Below are positions 57,289-59,110 of a stretch of 59,110 nt of DNA, piece by piece. Every line of letters starts with the position of its first letter. The stretch's first letter is position 1. The notes beneath the pieces are model-generated. The model was given only the letters and a program-made list of their open reading frames with translations, ran no database searches and had not been told where the DNA came from. The position numbers and the translations under genes are program-made. Origin of the DNA: a virus (taxonomy: Duplodnaviria > Caudoviricetes); the IMG/VR virus record IMGVR_UViG_3300025626_000029, positions 1 through 59,110 of that record; one strand, 5' to 3'.

Positions 57289-57381
57289 TCATTCTTCTTT
57301 CATTTTATAAAGCAGGTAAGCTACAAACATCAGAGCAGAAAGAATAACTACCGTCCATTCTATAAACAGCTGATTAATCAT
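57289..57381 (-). CDS. 30-aa single-TM peptide
   Basis: Hand-translated MINQLFIEWTVVILSALMFVAYLLYKMKEE*. Confidence 0.5.
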   Translation of the reverse strand: MINQLFIEWTVVILSALMFVAYLLYKMKEE

Positions 57382-57554
57382 TTTCTATACCGTTTTTACG
57401 TAGGTCTTCTATACATGCGTCTACGATACGTGCGTAAACGCTACTCTTTACCTTTGTCCGCATCATATTCTTTGAGGCGTATCTCGCTATGCGAACTATT
57501 GTTTCTTTGGATTCCGGTGTTCTCGATGATTCGTAATTCGTTTTCATACTTTCA

Positions 57555-57758
57555 TTATCTAATGTTTGTCCACTGGACGGGTTTAACAGTTTTAGGTGCT
57601 TCGGGCTTATAACTTATACCCCACTTATTTATATACCTGTGTATTGTTCTTGCTGTTATCCCTAAATGCTTTGCAGCAATAGTAGGACTATTGTACTTTT
57701 TCAACGCATACATAACGTATATGCGTGTGTGGTAATCTATGTTTAAAATTTCAGCCAT
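57555..57758 (-). CDS. Fis-like HTH protein
   Basis: ALKKYN...AAKHLGITARTIHRYINKWGI. Confidence 0.75.
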   Translation of the reverse strand: MAEILNIDYHTRIYVMYALKKYNSPTIAAKHLGITARTIHRYINKWGISYKPEAPKTVKPVQWTNIR

Positions 57759-57937
57759 CTCTTTCTTCTCTCGTATTTACGTATTAAACTCCCTAAGTTA
57801 TTCAGATGATCTACAACAGCGTCAGTATATTCTGTTGAACTTGATATGATCACTGTATTTATGATCTCCCAGCGTATTTCATTTAAGTACCTATTTACGT
57901 ACCTATAATGCGCTCTCTTGCGAATGTAGTTTTTCAT
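57743..57937 (-). CDS. Hypothetical protein
   Basis: Coupled ORF in leftward operon. Confidence 0.65.
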   Translation of the reverse strand: MKNYIRKRAHYRYVNRYLNEIRWEIINTVIISSSTEYTDAVVDHLNNLGSLIRKYERRKRWLKF

Positions 57938-58128
57938 TCCTCAAATGTTTTTATAATGTATCGGTATACTTTGTCGTAAGCTTCCCACTTAGCTCTTATA
58001 GTATTGATATGATCTTTAAGCTCTTGATTCCGGGGATCTGTGGTAAGCTTTCTTTCAAACTCTTCCAGGTAGTAGGACAGGAATTCACACTCTCTACCGA
58101 CCATCTGTTTTAAATCTTGATGTCTCAT
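57934..58128 (-). CDS. Hypothetical protein
   Basis: ATGA-coupled ORF. Confidence 0.65.
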   Translation of the reverse strand: MRHQDLKQMVGRECEFLSYYLEEFERKLTTDPRNQELKDHINTIRAKWEAYDKVYRYIIKTFEE

Positions 58129-58592
58129 TTATTCGGGCTTTTATCATATACTGTTTGTGCTTCTATCCAGGTACACTTTTCTTTAGGAACCCTATAGAAT
58201 AAATCATTACCCAATCTATCAGATGTTTGTATTTTCAACTCTTCAGTATACTCCTCTTTGTATATTATTGATGAGTGAGCAATACACATTGCTGTTGTTT
58301 TTTTGCAGATCAGTGCGTAGTAAAACCCTTGTTCTTTCCATTTCTTCTTCCTGCCTAGGAAAGAGACGGTACTAAATTTAAATGACTTCATATCTGTCCA
58401 CGGGTAGTTAATCTTTACTTCTGCTTCAAAGCTATGTTCGTTACCGTGATGATCTAGTACCGTTAGGTCTACTCCATAATCTTCTATATCGTTGAAGACG
58501 TGAACTACCCAATCTTGTTTGCGTAGCCAACTAATTAAGATGTTTCTACCAAACGCATCATTTTCATCGTAAGATGATTGAACAAATTTCAC
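58125..58592 (-). CDS. PD-(D/E)XK nuclease-like protein
   Basis: EDYGVDL...FEAEVK motif. Confidence 0.55.
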   Translation of the reverse strand: MKFVQSSYDENDAFGRNILISWLRKQDWVVHVFNDIEDYGVDLTVLDHHGNEHSFEAEVKINYPWTDMKSFKFSTVSFLGRKKKWKEQGFYYALICKKTTAMCIAHSSIIYKEEYTEELKIQTSDRLGNDLFYRVPKEKCTWIEAQTVYDKSPNK

Positions 58593-58659
58593 TTCTTTCC
58601 TTTATTAGTGAGGTACATAAACATCACACTCACGAGCAAAGTGATTATTACTATCTCTT

Positions 58660-58884
58660 TCATTTTATTTCCCCTTCGTCTCCCCACATTAAATAAATCG
58701 CAACAAATGATGAGAAGAATAAAAAATCAAAGTGTATGTCTAATTCTAAACGTCTTTGAACTCTGCCCGTGTCAAGGTTGTTTATAAAACCAAAGCCCCA
58801 CCAATCAAATTGCAGACTCGGTAATAAGAACAGCGTTGTATACGAACGCCATTTAGCATATCTTTCTCCTATCCCTATTTTCAT
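58660..58884 (-). CDS. Hypothetical protein
   Basis: Coupled ORF. Confidence 0.55.
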   Translation of the reverse strand: MKIGIGERYAKWRSYTTLFLLPSLQFDWWGFGFINNLDTGRVQRRLELDIHFDFLFFSSFVAIYLMWGDEGEIK

Positions 58885-59006
58885 TTCTCTTTGGTGTTAA
58901 AGGTTTCTAATTTATCCAGCGAATCTTTTACTATAGCATACCAAGCCCATTTGTCCTTGTCAGCGTTCCAAAGTTTCTCATACATCTCAAGTAGTATCTC
59001 TCTCAT
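58881..59006 (-). CDS. 41-aa hypothetical protein
   Basis: Hand-translated MREILLEMYEKLWNADKDKWAWYAIVKDSLDKLETFNTKEK*; ATGA-coupled to the next gene. Confidence 0.6.
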   Translation of the reverse strand: MREILLEMYEKLWNADKDKWAWYAIVKDSLDKLETFNTKEK

Positions 59007-59110
59007 TTCTCTTTTGGTTATTTGTGTCTATCTCCTTTAAGGACATTTTTTGATTGACTAATGCGCTGAAGATTATCTAATCTGTTATTTGATATATCTC
59101 CATCTATATG

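Noticed and set aside
1-59110. tRNA or rRNA genes; restriction-site avoidance
   Set aside because: No T-loop or cloverleaf signature noticed. GGCC looked scarce and AGCT common, but I could not count k-mers reliably, so no claim is made.

Overview
This 59 kb window is a segment of a tailed dsDNA phage, probably a podovirus, with a crAss-like-style structural gene order. Recurrent TAnnTTTG (-7) promoters point to a Bacteroidota (probably flavobacterial) host. Layout: (1) 1-2237 is a leftward array of small early-type genes, including a RadC/JAB protein. Each gene is preceded by the same GC hairpin plus GGTTATCTGTTAAC leader, and the array is fed by a promoter with a boxA-like element. (2) About 2240-3230 is a non-coding divergent control region. 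(3) 3234-53330 is a rightward late module. It holds a family of genes sharing a basic Y-x-x-GG leader, a tandem GroES-like protein, terminase, portal and GNVGIGT-repeat tail fibres (one split by a 1-nt frameshift). It also holds a translationally coupled holin-like/DUF2892/histidine kinase/receiver cassette, scaffold, major capsid protein, tail rings and nozzle, three probable ejection proteins (the 2930-aa one carries a RadC/JAB domain) and a holin/endolysin/u-spanin lysis cassette. (4) 53589-59110 holds leftward replication genes (RusA-like, primase-helicase, nucleases). The most notable observations are a candidate ~90-nt sRNA at 53422-53515 antisense to the repeated early-gene leader, a phage-encoded two-component cassette, and the shared-leader cargo-protein family. 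All family assignments come from motif recognition by eye; no database searches were run.
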